From: a virus
Length of the DNA stretch: 64,000 bases
Direction: 5' to 3' (one strand)
Virus record (IMG/VR): IMGVR_UViG_3300008952_000003
Coordinates: 129,158-193,157 of that record
How positions within the stretch are numbered: the first letter of the stretch is position 1; each line of letters begins with the position of its first letter. The notes under the pieces are model-generated. The model was given only the letters and a program-made list of their open reading frames with translations, was not told the origin of the DNA and ran no database searches. The translations under genes were made by a program, and so were the position numbers. Shown in pieces: positions 1-9,976 of the stretch.

Positions 1-281
1 TGTGGGGAGGCGACAGGGTTGCCATCCAGGATGATGAGTCTTTGTTCGAGGCCATAAAGGGATCCGACAACATCCTCCAGTCCGGAGCGTGGTTCACCAT
101 GGTTCACGAAGATGGATCAATGGAGAAATTCCAAGCCTCAAAGTGGGTTGAGAAGATGGAAGGTGATAAATTCCGACAGAGAGTTTATCAAATAATGGAC
201 GAAGAAGTTATCATGAAATTCGATACCCGTGAAGGAAAAGCGGAAGATTTTTATGAAACCGAAGAGATTATAGAAATTTAA
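1..281 (+). CDS. C-terminal part of a protein, possibly RecA/UvsX-like recombinase (partial)
   Basis: Frame open from window edge (WGGDRVAIQDDESLFEAIK...QSGAWFT); SGAWF resembles the RecA C-terminal GAWY motif; the next genes are replication genes. Confidence 0.4.
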   Translation, partial: WGGDRVAIQDDESLFEAIKGSDNILQSGAWFTMVHEDGSMEKFQASKWVEKMEGDKFRQRVYQIMDEEVIMKFDTREGKAEDFYETEEIIEI

Positions 282-306
282 CAGAATTGAAAAGTAGGAG
301 GAAGAG

Positions 307-612
307 ATGAAACAATTATTTAAAATCGCACTGCTGGCAATGGCAATCGTGATCCCGCTCGATGATGCAGAGGCATGTGAAAGGTGTGAATCAACTAAGG
401 TGTGGGTAGACGCTTATCGCGATAGCCATGGCCATTATCACGAGAGTCACTGGAGGATCGTTGAATTGTGCCGACAACCCCCGCCACCACGCCCTCGGGT
501 GATTATCCGAGTCCCAACAGTGACATTGCGTCCTGGACATGTTCATCATCGCCATCACACGGCGACACGACGTACACACTCGGTCCATTATCGCGGTCAT
601 CATCATCGATAG
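307..612 (+). CDS. secreted His/Arg-rich small protein
   Basis: SD upstream (AGGAGG); hydrophobic signal peptide ending AEA; VWVDAY..HGHYHESHW segment, poly-Pro linker, His-rich tail. Confidence 0.65.
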   Translation: MKQLFKIALLAMAIVIPLDDAEACERCESTKVWVDAYRDSHGHYHESHWRIVELCRQPPPPRPRVIIRVPTVTLRPGHVHHRHHTATRRTHSVHYRGHHHR

Positions 613-667
613 TCTGCGCGTGTAACCTCTTTTTGTCTATTGGGGGGCCAACTTACTATATTATAGT

Positions 668-1318
668 ATGCCAGCCCACAAAGACAAACTGAGGAATCAT
701 AAATTATTATTCGAATTGAAATTTCTCTACGCAGACCTAGAGTACCACAGGGTAGCTGTGGACGAAGCAGGAAGAGATTTTCAGAAAGAATTAGTAAAGA
801 AATATGAAGGCGATGGCGGATTGAATGCGACCCCGCAGGCCGAACCTCACTCCGAGGAGTCCGGTGTTCAGGAAGCTGTATCAGAAGGTATTAGCGATAT
901 ATACCAGATAGATAAAAAAGATATCGATAAAGAAGTCAAAGATTTGTACAAAAAGATAGTCACAATAACTCATCCCGACAAGCTAACCTCACTTTCCAAG
1001 TCGGAGAGGGAGCACAAGAGGGGGTTGTTCTTGAAGGCATCCGAAGCTGCAGAAGAAAACCGACTTTTTGCTTTGCAACAAATAGCTCTAGACCTTGGTA
1101 TCGACATCGGCGACCTGAGTGATGATCAGGTGAGGATACTCAAACTAGAGTCGAAAAAGATAAAAAAAGAAATTGATAAAATGACGAATTCTTATGCTTG
1201 GGTTTGGTATAATGAGGACTCTGAAGAGATAAAAGACGAACTGATAACAAGATATGGCGAAATCATAAAGTCGCTATCGAAAGAGACTGAAAGCGAAAAT
1301 TCGGAGAAAGAAGAGTGA
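668..1318 (+). CDS. J-domain (DnaJ-like) co-chaperone
   Basis: LYKKIVTITHPDK: helix II plus HPD motif. Confidence 0.75.
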   Translation: MPAHKDKLRNHKLLFELKFLYADLEYHRVAVDEAGRDFQKELVKKYEGDGGLNATPQAEPHSEESGVQEAVSEGISDIYQIDKKDIDKEVKDLYKKIVTITHPDKLTSLSKSEREHKRGLFLKASEAAEENRLFALQQIALDLGIDIGDLSDDQVRILKLESKKIKKEIDKMTNSYAWVWYNEDSEEIKDELITRYGEIIKSLSKETESENSEKEE

Positions 1319-2271
1319 AAAGATTATTAGTCATTGATGCACTCAATGCATATTTCAGGGCCTATATCGTAGACCCGAGCTTATCTGCCAATGGTCAGCC
1401 AATTGGTGGATATAAGGGCTTCATCAAGATTTTACAAAAACTATGCCGAGAAATGAAGCCTGATGAAATTATCATAGCTTGGGATGGTGCAGGCGGATCC
1501 CAGAGAAGGAAGGCTGTTAACAAGAATTATAAAGAGGGCCGCAAGCCAATTCGCCTGAATAGGGACATTCGAAACTTAACCGAAGACGAAGAAATGAAAA
1601 ATAAGGTCTGGCAACAGCACAGGCTCATGGAGATACTCAACGAGATGCCCGTTATCCAGTTGATGAATGATGGCGTCGAAGCAGATGATATTATCTCTTA
1701 CGTTGTTCAACTTCCGCACTACGAGGGGTGGCAAAAGATTATTGTTTCTAGTGATAAGGACTTTTTCCAACTTTGCGATGACGAGACTATCCTCTATAGG
1801 CCAATCCAAAAAAAGTTTGTCAATAAGCCAAGAATCCTAGAAGAGTACTCAATACACCCAGACAACTTTGCGCTAGCTAGAGCAATCGCAGGCGACAAGT
1901 CCGACAATCTGCCTGGGGCAAAGGGTGTAGGCCTCGCTACCATTTCAAAGAGGTTTCCCTTTTTCGCAGAAGAGTCAGGCGCAAATTTTGAAAAACTATT
2001 TGAATTTTGTGAAAATGACAATACGAACTTGAGAGTTTTCTCTTCTATTCTCGATAATAGGGAGATCATTGTAGAGAATTATAAGATCATGCAATTGTAT
2101 TCTCCATCAATATCTATCGACGGAAAAAACAGGATAAAGCATATCGTTGATAATTATGAACCTCAGTTCAACAAAACCGAGGTGATAAAGAGGATGGCCA
2201 CCGATGGCTTCGGGGAGTGGAATACATCATCACTATTCGCTACTTTTAAAAGAATCACAAGTAATGTTTGA
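1315..2271 (+). CDS. 5'-3' exonuclease / RNase H (FEN/PolI N-terminal family)
   Basis: LVID, AWDG, EADD, SSDKDF, GDKSDNLPG motifs. Confidence 0.93.
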   Translation: MKRLLVIDALNAYFRAYIVDPSLSANGQPIGGYKGFIKILQKLCREMKPDEIIIAWDGAGGSQRRKAVNKNYKEGRKPIRLNRDIRNLTEDEEMKNKVWQQHRLMEILNEMPVIQLMNDGVEADDIISYVVQLPHYEGWQKIIVSSDKDFFQLCDDETILYRPIQKKFVNKPRILEEYSIHPDNFALARAIAGDKSDNLPGAKGVGLATISKRFPFFAEESGANFEKLFEFCENDNTNLRVFSSILDNREIIVENYKIMQLYSPSISIDGKNRIKHIVDNYEPQFNKTEVIKRMATDGFGEWNTSSLFATFKRITSNV

Positions 2272-2296
2272 CAAATGCGATATTTGATGTTATATT
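2268..2296 (+). promoter_or_regulatory. sigma70-type promoter
   Basis: TTGACA-17-TATATT upstream of helicase. Confidence 0.8.
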
Positions 2297-2316
2297 AACA
2301 TTAGATAGGGGGGCGA

Positions 2317-3672
2317 ATGTCCAAAGAAGATTTTAGTCAATATGGTAAAGATTTTCAAGAAATGCTATGCCATTTGATTTTGATCGATAGGCCATTCGCC
2401 GATCAGATGTTTGAGGTCATAGATGTAAATTTCCTAGAGTTAAAATATCTTCAGGAGTTTATAAATCTGATCTCCTCTTATCGAGATAAATTTTCAGTAC
2501 ACCCAACTGAAAAAATAATGACCTCGATTTTGAGGACAGAGATAGGAAATTTAAATGAATCCGTCCAGCAACAAGTCAGGAATTTTTTTGCTAGAATATC
2601 CAAGTTGGACATCCACGATGCTACATACATTAAAGAGACTTCTTTGGATTTTTGTCGCAAGCAAAAGCTCAAAGAAGCTATGCTTAGGTCTGTTAAGCTT
2701 TTACGGAAATCTTCGTTTGATGAAATTGCGGAAGTCATCAATGAGGCCCTCCGCTTAGGGTCGGATTCAAATTTCGGACATGATTATCTGAAGGATTTCG
2801 AACAAAGATTCATCCTTAAGGCCCGCAATCCAGTCCCGACGGGTTGGGACGAGATTGATAGCATAACCCACCAAGGTCTCGGCGCCGGCGAGCTAGGAGT
2901 CGTCATCGCTCCGACCGGAGCAGGCAAATCTATGGCCCTTGTTCACATTGGGTCGCAAGCTCTCATCGCCGGAAAGAATGTGATTTATTATACCCTGGAG
3001 CTTTCAGACACAGTAGTGGGCTCCAGATTTGATTCTTGTATAACCAAGGTTCCGTTGGGGAGCCTCCACTCTTTTAAAGAAGAGATATATGAAAAGATTC
3101 AAGATTTAGAGGGAAAACTAATTGTCAAGGAATACCCAACGAAATCTTCAAGCGTCAATACCTTGAAGCACCATTTAGAAAAATTAAAAAATCGTGGATT
3201 TGTTCCCGACGTCATAATCGTGGATTATGCGGATCTTTTAAGGCCTGCATCAAATTTAAGAGAGAAAAGGCATGAACTGGAGACTATTTATGAGCAGTTG
3301 AGAGCTTTGGCACAAGTACACAAATGTTGCGTATGGACTGCCTCGCAAACAAACCGATCTGGATTGAATGCTGAAGTGATCACGATGGAATCTATATCAG
3401 AGGCTTTTAATAAATGTTTTGTTGCAGATTTTATATTTTCAATCTCTCGAACTGCCGAGGACAAATTGAATAACGAAGGCCGCGTGTTTATCGCAAAGAA
3501 TAGGAATGGGGTCGACGGAGTGGTGTATCCAATTTATATGAATACTTCAAATATCACGATTAAGATTCATCCAAGTACTGGCGAGACGATAGGAGAGGTC
3601 AAGCTCGAAGCCAAGAAAAGGCAAGAAAAGAAAATGAAAGAGAAATATGCCAAATGGAAGGGGAAAAAATAA
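2317..3672 (+). CDS. dnaB: replicative DNA helicase (DnaB / T4 gp41-like)
   Basis: Walker A APTGAGKS, IIVDYADLL, ASQTNR. Confidence 0.92.
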   Translation: MSKEDFSQYGKDFQEMLCHLILIDRPFADQMFEVIDVNFLELKYLQEFINLISSYRDKFSVHPTEKIMTSILRTEIGNLNESVQQQVRNFFARISKLDIHDATYIKETSLDFCRKQKLKEAMLRSVKLLRKSSFDEIAEVINEALRLGSDSNFGHDYLKDFEQRFILKARNPVPTGWDEIDSITHQGLGAGELGVVIAPTGAGKSMALVHIGSQALIAGKNVIYYTLELSDTVVGSRFDSCITKVPLGSLHSFKEEIYEKIQDLEGKLIVKEYPTKSSSVNTLKHHLEKLKNRGFVPDVIIVDYADLLRPASNLREKRHELETIYEQLRALAQVHKCCVWTASQTNRSGLNAEVITMESISEAFNKCFVADFIFSISRTAEDKLNNEGRVFIAKNRNGVDGVVYPIYMNTSNITIKIHPSTGETIGEVKLEAKKRQEKKMKEKYAKWKGKK

Positions 3673-5910
3673 GTGTCGATAAATATGCTCCAAGAATATA
3701 CAAGAATAGCGAAATATGCCAAATATTTGTCCGAAGAGAACCGAAGGGAAACCTGGAAAGAACAGGTCTCGCGAGTCTTTGACATGCACAGGGAAGTATT
3801 CGACGACTTCCCAGACGTCATTCCATATGTAGATGAAGCTGAGGGGGCAGTTCTCAGGAAGGAGATCCTCGGGTCGCAAAGAATCCTACAGTTTGGGGGT
3901 ACTCCAATCATAAAACATAATGCTAGGGTCTATAACTGTGCATTTGGGCATATAAGCCGGACAGCGACCTTTTCCGAACTGATGTACCTCTTATTGTGTG
4001 GCTGCGGGGTAGGTTTTTCGGTTCAAAGGCATCACGTAGCGCAGCTACCACCGATCGCAAGACCAAACAAGAATCACAAAAAGATATTCGTAATTCCGGA
4101 CTCAATTGAGGGCTGGGCGGATGCTATCGCCGTCCTCATGAGTAGTTATTTCGGATCTGACAAGAGATTCGATGAATATATCGGCACAAATGTTGAATTT
4201 GATTATAGCCAGATCCGCCCACAGGGGTCTAAACTAAGTTCTGGAGCAAAAGCCCCAGGCCCCGCCGGGCTCAGGCGATCAATCGGGAAAATTCGAGAAG
4301 TTTTTGAAAATAGGCTTGGGAATTGTAATCGAGTCACCGTTAGGCCTATTGACGTATATGATGTCATAATGCACTCTGCAGATGCAGTCATCTCAGGAGG
4401 AGTCCGCCGCTCAGCAACAATCGCCCTGTTCTCTCCAGATGATGAGGACATGGCGAAAGCTAAGACAGGTAACTGGTTTTTGGAAAATCCCCAAAGAGGA
4501 CGATCGAACAATAGCGCGCTCTTGATTAGGAACGAGACTTCGAAGTCTGATTTTAAGAGATTAATTAACTGGGTGAAGGAATTTGGAGAGCCAGGATTTG
4601 TATGGGCCGACAACAAGGAGATGGGATTCAATCCGTGCGTCGAAATCGGACTATACCCCATCGATGAGTCTACGGGAGAATCAGGGTGGCAATTTTGTAA
4701 TTTGGCAGAGATTAATGGAAAAAAGGCATCGACTCCTGAAAAATTTTATGATGCATGTCGCGCTGCAGCAATCATAGGCACACTCCAAGCTGCCTATACC
4801 CAGTTCCCATATCTCAGCGAAGCTACCGAAAGAATAACCAGGAGAGAGGCACTTCTTGGGGTTTCTGTTACGGGAATGATGGATAACCCAGACGTACTTT
4901 TCGACCCACAAATCCAGCGCAATGGCGCGAAAATCGTCAAAGAAATCAATAAAACCGTTGCAGACATAATTGGCATTAATGCTGCAGCAAGGACCACCTG
5001 TGTGAAACCAGCCGGCTCCACTTCTTGTATATTAGGGACTGCATCTGGCATACACCCCCACCATGCAAAGAGATATTTTCGCAGAGTACAGGCAAACGTG
5101 CAAGAAAATCCAGTTCGACACTTTAAACAATTTAATCCACGAGCAGTAGAAAAGTCAGTGTGGGATCCAAATGGGGTGACCGAAGTTATTACTTTTCTCT
5201 GCGAGGTTCCAGTTGGGGCAAAGACGAAGAATCAAATTGATGCATCAAGGTTGCTAGAGAGCGTCAAGCTGACTCAGCAGAATTGGGTTAGGTATGGTAC
5301 GAACAGGGAACTATGCGTAAAGCCCTGGCTCTCTCACAATGTTTCCAACACTATTCACGTTAGAGAGGATGAGTGGGACGACATCACGGACTATATTTAT
5401 AAAAACAGAAAATACTTTGCAGGAATCTCTCTGATCCCAAGCTCAGGAGATAAAGATTATCCACAGGCGCCCTTTTGTGCGGTTCCATACCCTTCTGACA
5501 TCTTGAGAATCTACGGTCCAGGTTCTTTTTTTGCTTCTGGCATCATTGAGGGCGCCCTTTATGCTTTTGATGATGATTTGTGGGCCGCAAGTGATTGTAT
5601 TTTGGGGGTCGGCATGCCACTGCACGAGGTCGACCTTGTGAAAAGGGACTGGGCTCAGTCTGCCATTAAATTCGCAGATAGTCATTTTTCTGGCGATGTC
5701 AGGAAGATGACATATTGCCTAAAAGACATTTATAATCTCAAACTTTGGGAGAAATTATCCCAAGAATATCGCGATGTCGACTGGACTCTCATGAGAGAGG
5801 ACCGTGATAACGTAGATTTTCAACAAGATTCTGCTTGTGCTGGTGGATCATGTGAGATGCCAGCCGAGTATTTAGAAGCCATAAGAATTCACACAAATAC
5901 AGGAGAGTAA
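3673..5910 (+). CDS. nrdJ: ribonucleotide reductase, class II (B12-dependent) type
   Basis: GGVRRSA, NPCVEI, CNLAE, TCVKPAGS, GTASGIHP, C-terminal CAGGSC; no beta subunit gene in window; GTG start. Confidence 0.82.
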   Translation: MSINMLQEYTRIAKYAKYLSEENRRETWKEQVSRVFDMHREVFDDFPDVIPYVDEAEGAVLRKEILGSQRILQFGGTPIIKHNARVYNCAFGHISRTATFSELMYLLLCGCGVGFSVQRHHVAQLPPIARPNKNHKKIFVIPDSIEGWADAIAVLMSSYFGSDKRFDEYIGTNVEFDYSQIRPQGSKLSSGAKAPGPAGLRRSIGKIREVFENRLGNCNRVTVRPIDVYDVIMHSADAVISGGVRRSATIALFSPDDEDMAKAKTGNWFLENPQRGRSNNSALLIRNETSKSDFKRLINWVKEFGEPGFVWADNKEMGFNPCVEIGLYPIDESTGESGWQFCNLAEINGKKASTPEKFYDACRAAAIIGTLQAAYTQFPYLSEATERITRREALLGVSVTGMMDNPDVLFDPQIQRNGAKIVKEINKTVADIIGINAAARTTCVKPAGSTSCILGTASGIHPHHAKRYFRRVQANVQENPVRHFKQFNPRAVEKSVWDPNGVTEVITFLCEVPVGAKTKNQIDASRLLESVKLTQQNWVRYGTNRELCVKPWLSHNVSNTIHVREDEWDDITDYIYKNRKYFAGISLIPSSGDKDYPQAPFCAVPYPSDILRIYGPGSFFASGIIEGALYAFDDDLWAASDCILGVGMPLHEVDLVKRDWAQSAIKFADSHFSGDVRKMTYCLKDIYNLKLWEKLSQEYRDVDWTLMREDRDNVDFQQDSACAGGSCEMPAEYLEAIRIHTNTGE

Positions 5911-5913
5911 AAA

Positions 5914-6183
5914 ATGTTCCAGCCATGTAATCGTTATCTGATGATAGAGAGAGAAAGCAAGCAAGAGAGTGAAAATTTAATAACACTTCCGGAGGGCGTC
6001 TTTAAGACGGAGATCTCCCATGAAAAAGTAAGAGTTAAGGCCATTTCAGCCGACGTTCGCCCTCCACTTTCAGCCGATCAGGAAGTGGTAGTTTTGAGCC
6101 AGATGATAGAAGAAGTGGAATTTGACAATAAAACTATCTATTTAGTATTAGAAAATTATGTATTGGGTATCGTTGGAGGATAA
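5914..6183 (+). CDS. groES: GroES-like co-chaperonin
   Basis: 89 aa, FQPCNRYLMIER...ITLPE...YLVLENYVLGIV matches cpn10 layout. Confidence 0.7.
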   Translation: MFQPCNRYLMIERESKQESENLITLPEGVFKTEISHEKVRVKAISADVRPPLSADQEVVVLSQMIEEVEFDNKTIYLVLENYVLGIVGG

Positions 6184-6189
6184 TACGAA

Positions 6190-6351
6190 ATGACTATAAG
6201 TAATAAGAGTTTTCTTATTTTGATCAAAGATCTTATTAAGGAAGAAATGGAAAAGAAGCAGACTTTATTGGAGGCCCCATACTCCAAGAAGATGGATGAA
6301 GTTTTGGTTGAAAAGCTAAACCTCATTTTTAATAAGAATAAAAATAAATAA
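6190..6351 (+). CDS. small hypothetical protein (53 aa)
   Basis: ATG..TAA filling intergenic gap; contains LIKDLIKEE. Confidence 0.55.
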   Translation: MTISNKSFLILIKDLIKEEMEKKQTLLEAPYSKKMDEVLVEKLNLIFNKNKNK

Positions 6352-6426
6352 TTTTGAAACACAGGTGTCAATATCACCGTTGAGTTATCATCCAGAATAG
6401 ACAAGCACATTTACCACCACGACAAG

Positions 6427-7281
6427 ATGGTCGTCGGCGGTGGGCTAAACGCACTGCTGTATTCTTTTTTTAGCGGGTACCCGTGTATCTACGCCAAGGA
6501 AGCTCCTCCCTTTAGATTTGATTTCGATACGAAGCTAAGAGACTCGGAATTTTTCCAAACCAAAACAGGCAATCTTCGCGAAGTTTGGGAGAGGCTGATT
6601 ATGATTCTATCCCTCGGCGGGCAGCTTCCGATGGGAGATAAGACATATTCAATAAATATTCACGACAATCTCATCAAGGCATACACTCACGGCTCAAGGC
6701 TTGGAAGATTTAAGTTTGAAAAGTTAATAATATTCGACGACCATCGCATGTTCGGTTTACCACCAGTCAAAAAGCAAGACATAGGAAAGTCGAGGGTTTT
6801 GGATTGGTATGATGTCAGGACTGGCATGGAGCATGAGCATGATATTTTCCACACCCCGGATGATTTCGTAAATAAAGTATATTTTTACCCTTCCGATAGA
6901 TTTGGAAATCAAAAATCTGGTCGCGTTAGGAAGGATCTAGTCGCAGTATCTTATCTTACCGAGGATCAAATAGGAGATTTTGAATTCTCAGATACGATGG
7001 CAAAATTTAAAATTTTGAAACTTATGAAAGAAAACGGAATTAGGGGAGCCAGAAACGGCCGAGACATGAATAATCCAAACATATATCGGTATTATTCTCC
7101 AAAGATAGAATCAGTCCAGCGCCAAGTGATTTCAAATATAAGAAGTCATTATGAGAAAGATGAAAGATTCGAGTTTCGTTATGACACCCCGGCAGAGATT
7201 CTCGCAGCCTTCGAGAATCCTCCAGATACATATTCTTTTAAAATAAGTGAGTTTTCTATTGACAAATATATAAATTCGTGA
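6427..7281 (+). CDS. hypothetical protein with N-terminal Rossmann-like glycine motif
   Basis: VVGGGLNALL resembles a dinucleotide-binding loop; start may lie further upstream. Confidence 0.6.
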   Translation: MVVGGGLNALLYSFFSGYPCIYAKEAPPFRFDFDTKLRDSEFFQTKTGNLREVWERLIMILSLGGQLPMGDKTYSINIHDNLIKAYTHGSRLGRFKFEKLIIFDDHRMFGLPPVKKQDIGKSRVLDWYDVRTGMEHEHDIFHTPDDFVNKVYFYPSDRFGNQKSGRVRKDLVAVSYLTEDQIGDFEFSDTMAKFKILKLMKENGIRGARNGRDMNNPNIYRYYSPKIESVQRQVISNIRSHYEKDERFEFRYDTPAEILAAFENPPDTYSFKISEFSIDKYINS

Positions 7282-7287
7282 TATGAT
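7259..7287 (+). promoter_or_regulatory. sigma70-type promoter
   Basis: TTGACA-17-TATGAT with TGn extension. Confidence 0.7.
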
Positions 7288-7303
7288 TTATTTATAGCTG
7301 GAG

Positions 7304-7804
7304 GTGAGTTTGAGAAAGTTTGGAAATTTTATAAGTAATATATTTGCTTTTCGATCCGCTAAGAAAACTGATATTTTGTTGTCCATATTTCTGGCCCTGA
7401 TAGTCGGAACAGTATCTACAAAGTTAGTTAATTTCTTGATTCGCCAAATGCCAGACAAGGTTCCAGAGGGACTTGAGTTAACGAACGAAATATTGAGAAG
7501 CGCAGATGGGTATTTGTTATTGTCGTTTTTATTCGGGGTTTGTATCTTCGCCCCGGTTGTAGAAGAGGTGATCTTTAGAGGTATCCTGTGGTGGCCAATT
7601 GAGAAGCTTTTCTCAAGCAATGTTGCACTGATTGTGACTTCCGTATTATTTTCGTTGGCTCATGCAGACCTCTTGCATATAATCGCAGTGTTCCCATTGG
7701 GAGTTCTTTTTGGTATCTTAAGGAAGAGGACAGGGAGTATTTGGCCTTCGATAATCGCCCACGCCGCGAATAATACGATGGCCTCTATAAGTTTAATTTT
7801 TTAA
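7304..7804 (+). CDS. CPBP (Abi/CAAX-type) intramembrane glutamic protease
   Basis: PVVEEVIFRG, FSLAH, AHAANN motifs; several TM helices. Confidence 0.9.
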   Translation: MSLRKFGNFISNIFAFRSAKKTDILLSIFLALIVGTVSTKLVNFLIRQMPDKVPEGLELTNEILRSADGYLLLSFLFGVCIFAPVVEEVIFRGILWWPIEKLFSSNVALIVTSVLFSLAHADLLHIIAVFPLGVLFGILRKRTGSIWPSIIAHAANNTMASISLIF

Positions 7805-7814
7805 ATGAAAAGGT

Positions 7815-7822
7815 ACTATTTA
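7815..7822 (+). promoter_or_regulatory. putative late promoter (leaderless type)
   Basis: ACTATTTA, 5 nt before GTG start 7828. Confidence 0.6.
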
Positions 7823-7827
7823 GTAAT

Positions 7828-8028
7828 GTGGGACACCTTAAAGACATCAATGAAACATATCTTGAGCACTTTCGCCATGCGTTTGAGATCGGGTCTGTTT
7901 TGCTTTTATCTTCTTTCTCCCAGCTTTTTCATTCTATTATTCCTGATTTTCATCCTCCTTATGGATCTGATGTTGAGTCATTGATCAGGTTTCTGGAGTC
8001 GAAAAAGGCAGGAAACCGCCATGATTAA
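7828..8028 (+). CDS. small hypothetical protein (DUF6356-like)
   Basis: HLKDINETYLEHFRHAF motif recalled from this small family. Confidence 0.55.
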   Translation: MGHLKDINETYLEHFRHAFEIGSVLLLSSFSQLFHSIIPDFHPPYGSDVESLIRFLESKKAGNRHD

Positions 8029-8368
8029 AAAACCAATTATAGTAAGAAATAGCAAAATCCCAGCTTTATTGAGTTGGGTAATCAAAATATATGCAATCAC
8101 ATTATTTCCATTTGTTTTTATTCGAGACCACGGAGACGAGGTTACGATTACTCACGAAACAATCCACCATCATCAGTACTTGGAAACTCTCATTATAGGT
8201 TTCCCGATCATTTATCTTGCCGATTGGCTCGTTGGCCTCATAAAGTACCGTGATTCAGAGAAAGCATATTGCCAGATTCGATTTGAACAAGAAGCGTACA
8301 ACAATGATCTTTACGAGGATTATCTAGAAAAAAGAAAGTTGTTTTCTTGGTTGAAATATAAAATTTAA
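8021..8368 (+). CDS. membrane-associated putative Zn-metalloprotease-like protein
   Basis: HETIH (HExxH) followed by FEQEAY; TM segments. Confidence 0.6.
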   Translation: MIKKPIIVRNSKIPALLSWVIKIYAITLFPFVFIRDHGDEVTITHETIHHHQYLETLIIGFPIIYLADWLVGLIKYRDSEKAYCQIRFEQEAYNNDLYEDYLEKRKLFSWLKYKI

Positions 8369-8387
8369 TTTACACAAGAGGTGAGAA

Positions 8388-8906
8388 ATGATTAAAAAGA
8401 CTTTAGCTTCCCTAGCGTTGCTGACTGTTTTAGTTAGTGATTCTAGTGCTGCGGACAAATCCCATTCTTTGGGTTTTGCTGCTGGATCAACATATGGGAT
8501 TGGATTATCTTATTCCCACGATTGGGACAAGAATGGGATACAAGTCACAGCGCTTCCATACTGGAATAACGACAAAGGAATGATTGCAAGTGGCATAAAC
8601 TTTAAGAGAAATTTTGATGAGAATGGAAAAATCGGTATCTATGGGAGTTTTGGCCTCGCTGCTTCCGTGCAAAAGGAAACCTACACCGAGTGCCGCTGGG
8701 ATGATGTCCTAGAGGAAGAAGTTTGCGAACCACCAGTTGTCGAAATAAGTCACAATTATGCAACTGGCCCAGGCGTAGGTATGCAGTTTTATTTTTGGCA
8801 AAATGGAGTTTTTCGATTCGAACTGCCAATCGCAGTTAGGTTTGGTACCAATGGCTTCGGAATCTTGCCAATTCCAAACGTGGCCCTGATGTATCGATGG
8901 CAGTAA
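8388..8906 (+). CDS. secreted / outer-membrane beta-strand-rich protein
   Basis: signal peptide, alternating G/aromatic beta strands, C-terminal aromatic residues. Confidence 0.6.
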   Translation: MIKKTLASLALLTVLVSDSSAADKSHSLGFAAGSTYGIGLSYSHDWDKNGIQVTALPYWNNDKGMIASGINFKRNFDENGKIGIYGSFGLAASVQKETYTECRWDDVLEEEVCEPPVVEISHNYATGPGVGMQFYFWQNGVFRFELPIAVRFGTNGFGILPIPNVALMYRWQ

Positions 8907-8907
8907 A

Positions 8908-9798
8908 TTGCCTTCTTACCACTTGTCTGGAATAGTTCCGGTTGCTGGCCAGCCATTAGATTTCAAGATGGACTGGCACGACTCTATGATGCCCATCGCT
9001 CCGGATTATTTAGCGGTCGAGCGCGCTGTATATGAGTGTGCTTGGGCAGGCTGCGAAACTATTTGGATTGTGTGCAATGATGACATGTCGCCCCTGATTC
9101 GTCACCGAATTGGAGAATGGGTGCAGGACCCTGTTTGGATTGGGAGAAGACTCGATCCTTATCCATCCCAAACAAGAAAACAAATTCCAATATTTTACGT
9201 GCCAGTCCGCGCAAAGGATATTGGAAAGAGAGACTGCTTGGCTTGGAGTATATTGCATGGCGCAGTCACGGCTTTTGAAATTTCTGCTCGATTGAGCAAG
9301 TGGGTGATACCAACAAGAAATTATGTTGCTTTCCCATACGGTGTCTACGACCCAGAGATCCTCCGAGAATACAGAAAAAACATCTCCAGCGCCAGACCAT
9401 TCATGTTAGCTCGTAATGGCAAGACCGTTCAGGATGGAGAATATCTTGGTTTTACCTTTGATAAGGACGATTTTGTGTCATCGCGCCGAAAGATTCGCGA
9501 GGGCACCGGGAAATATAATTCTAAAGTCCTAGAAGACGGTCTATATCCCAGGGAGAAGCTGCCAAAAGAAGAAAGATACTCTGCGCGCTATTTTTCCCTT
9601 GACAAAATTTTTAAATCTGTTATAATAGATATAGAAAACAAAGTAGAAGTCCCATGGTATTATAACATAGATTCTTGGGACGGATACTGTAGCTATTTGG
9701 GATCAGAAGAGCGAAAGCTGGTTGAAAGACCTCACCCAATCTTTATGAAATACCACGAATGGAATGAAATAGGAGTTGATGATGAAACTAATGAGTAA
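8908..9798 (+). CDS. nucleotidyltransferase-like (NTP_transferase N-terminus) hypothetical protein
   Basis: GIVPVAG N-terminal motif; TTG start. Confidence 0.5.
   Translation: MPSYHLSGIVPVAGQPLDFKMDWHDSMMPIAPDYLAVERAVYECAWAGCETIWIVCNDDMSPLIRHRIGEWVQDPVWIGRRLDPYPSQTRKQIPIFYVPVRAKDIGKRDCLAWSILHGAVTAFEISARLSKWVIPTRNYVAFPYGVYDPEILREYRKNISSARPFMLARNGKTVQDGEYLGFTFDKDDFVSSRRKIREGTGKYNSKVLEDGLYPREKLPKEERYSARYFSLDKIFKSVIIDIENKVEVPWYYNIDSWDGYCSYLGSEERKLVERPHPIFMKYHEWNEIGVDDETNE
9599..9626 (+). promoter_or_regulatory. intragenic sigma70-type promoter
   Basis: TTGACA-16-TATAAT with TGn, inside the 8908-9798 ORF, upstream of dnaE. Confidence 0.6.
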
Positions 9799-9967
9799 CA
9801 CAAAAAAGCAGTTAGTGATTTTGCTAGAGGGGCACCAACACAAGTTGTCTGTCATTCAGAGATCCGCAGGACGCTTGCGAAAGGAGATTTTTGATTTGAA
9901 TCTCGATGCAGAAACACGCAATAAGATTGTCGCCAAAATTGATAAACATATTGACAACCTTGTCTAG
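9776..9967 (+). CDS. small hypothetical protein
   Basis: ORF in operon context. Confidence 0.55.
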   Translation: MMMKLMSNTKKQLVILLEGHQHKLSVIQRSAGRLRKEIFDLNLDAETRNKIVAKIDKHIDNLV

Positions 9968-9976
9968 GGGACACAA

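Noticed and set aside
633-662. Promoter upstream of the J-domain gene
   Set aside because: Only TTGTCT-18-TATATT; too weak to call
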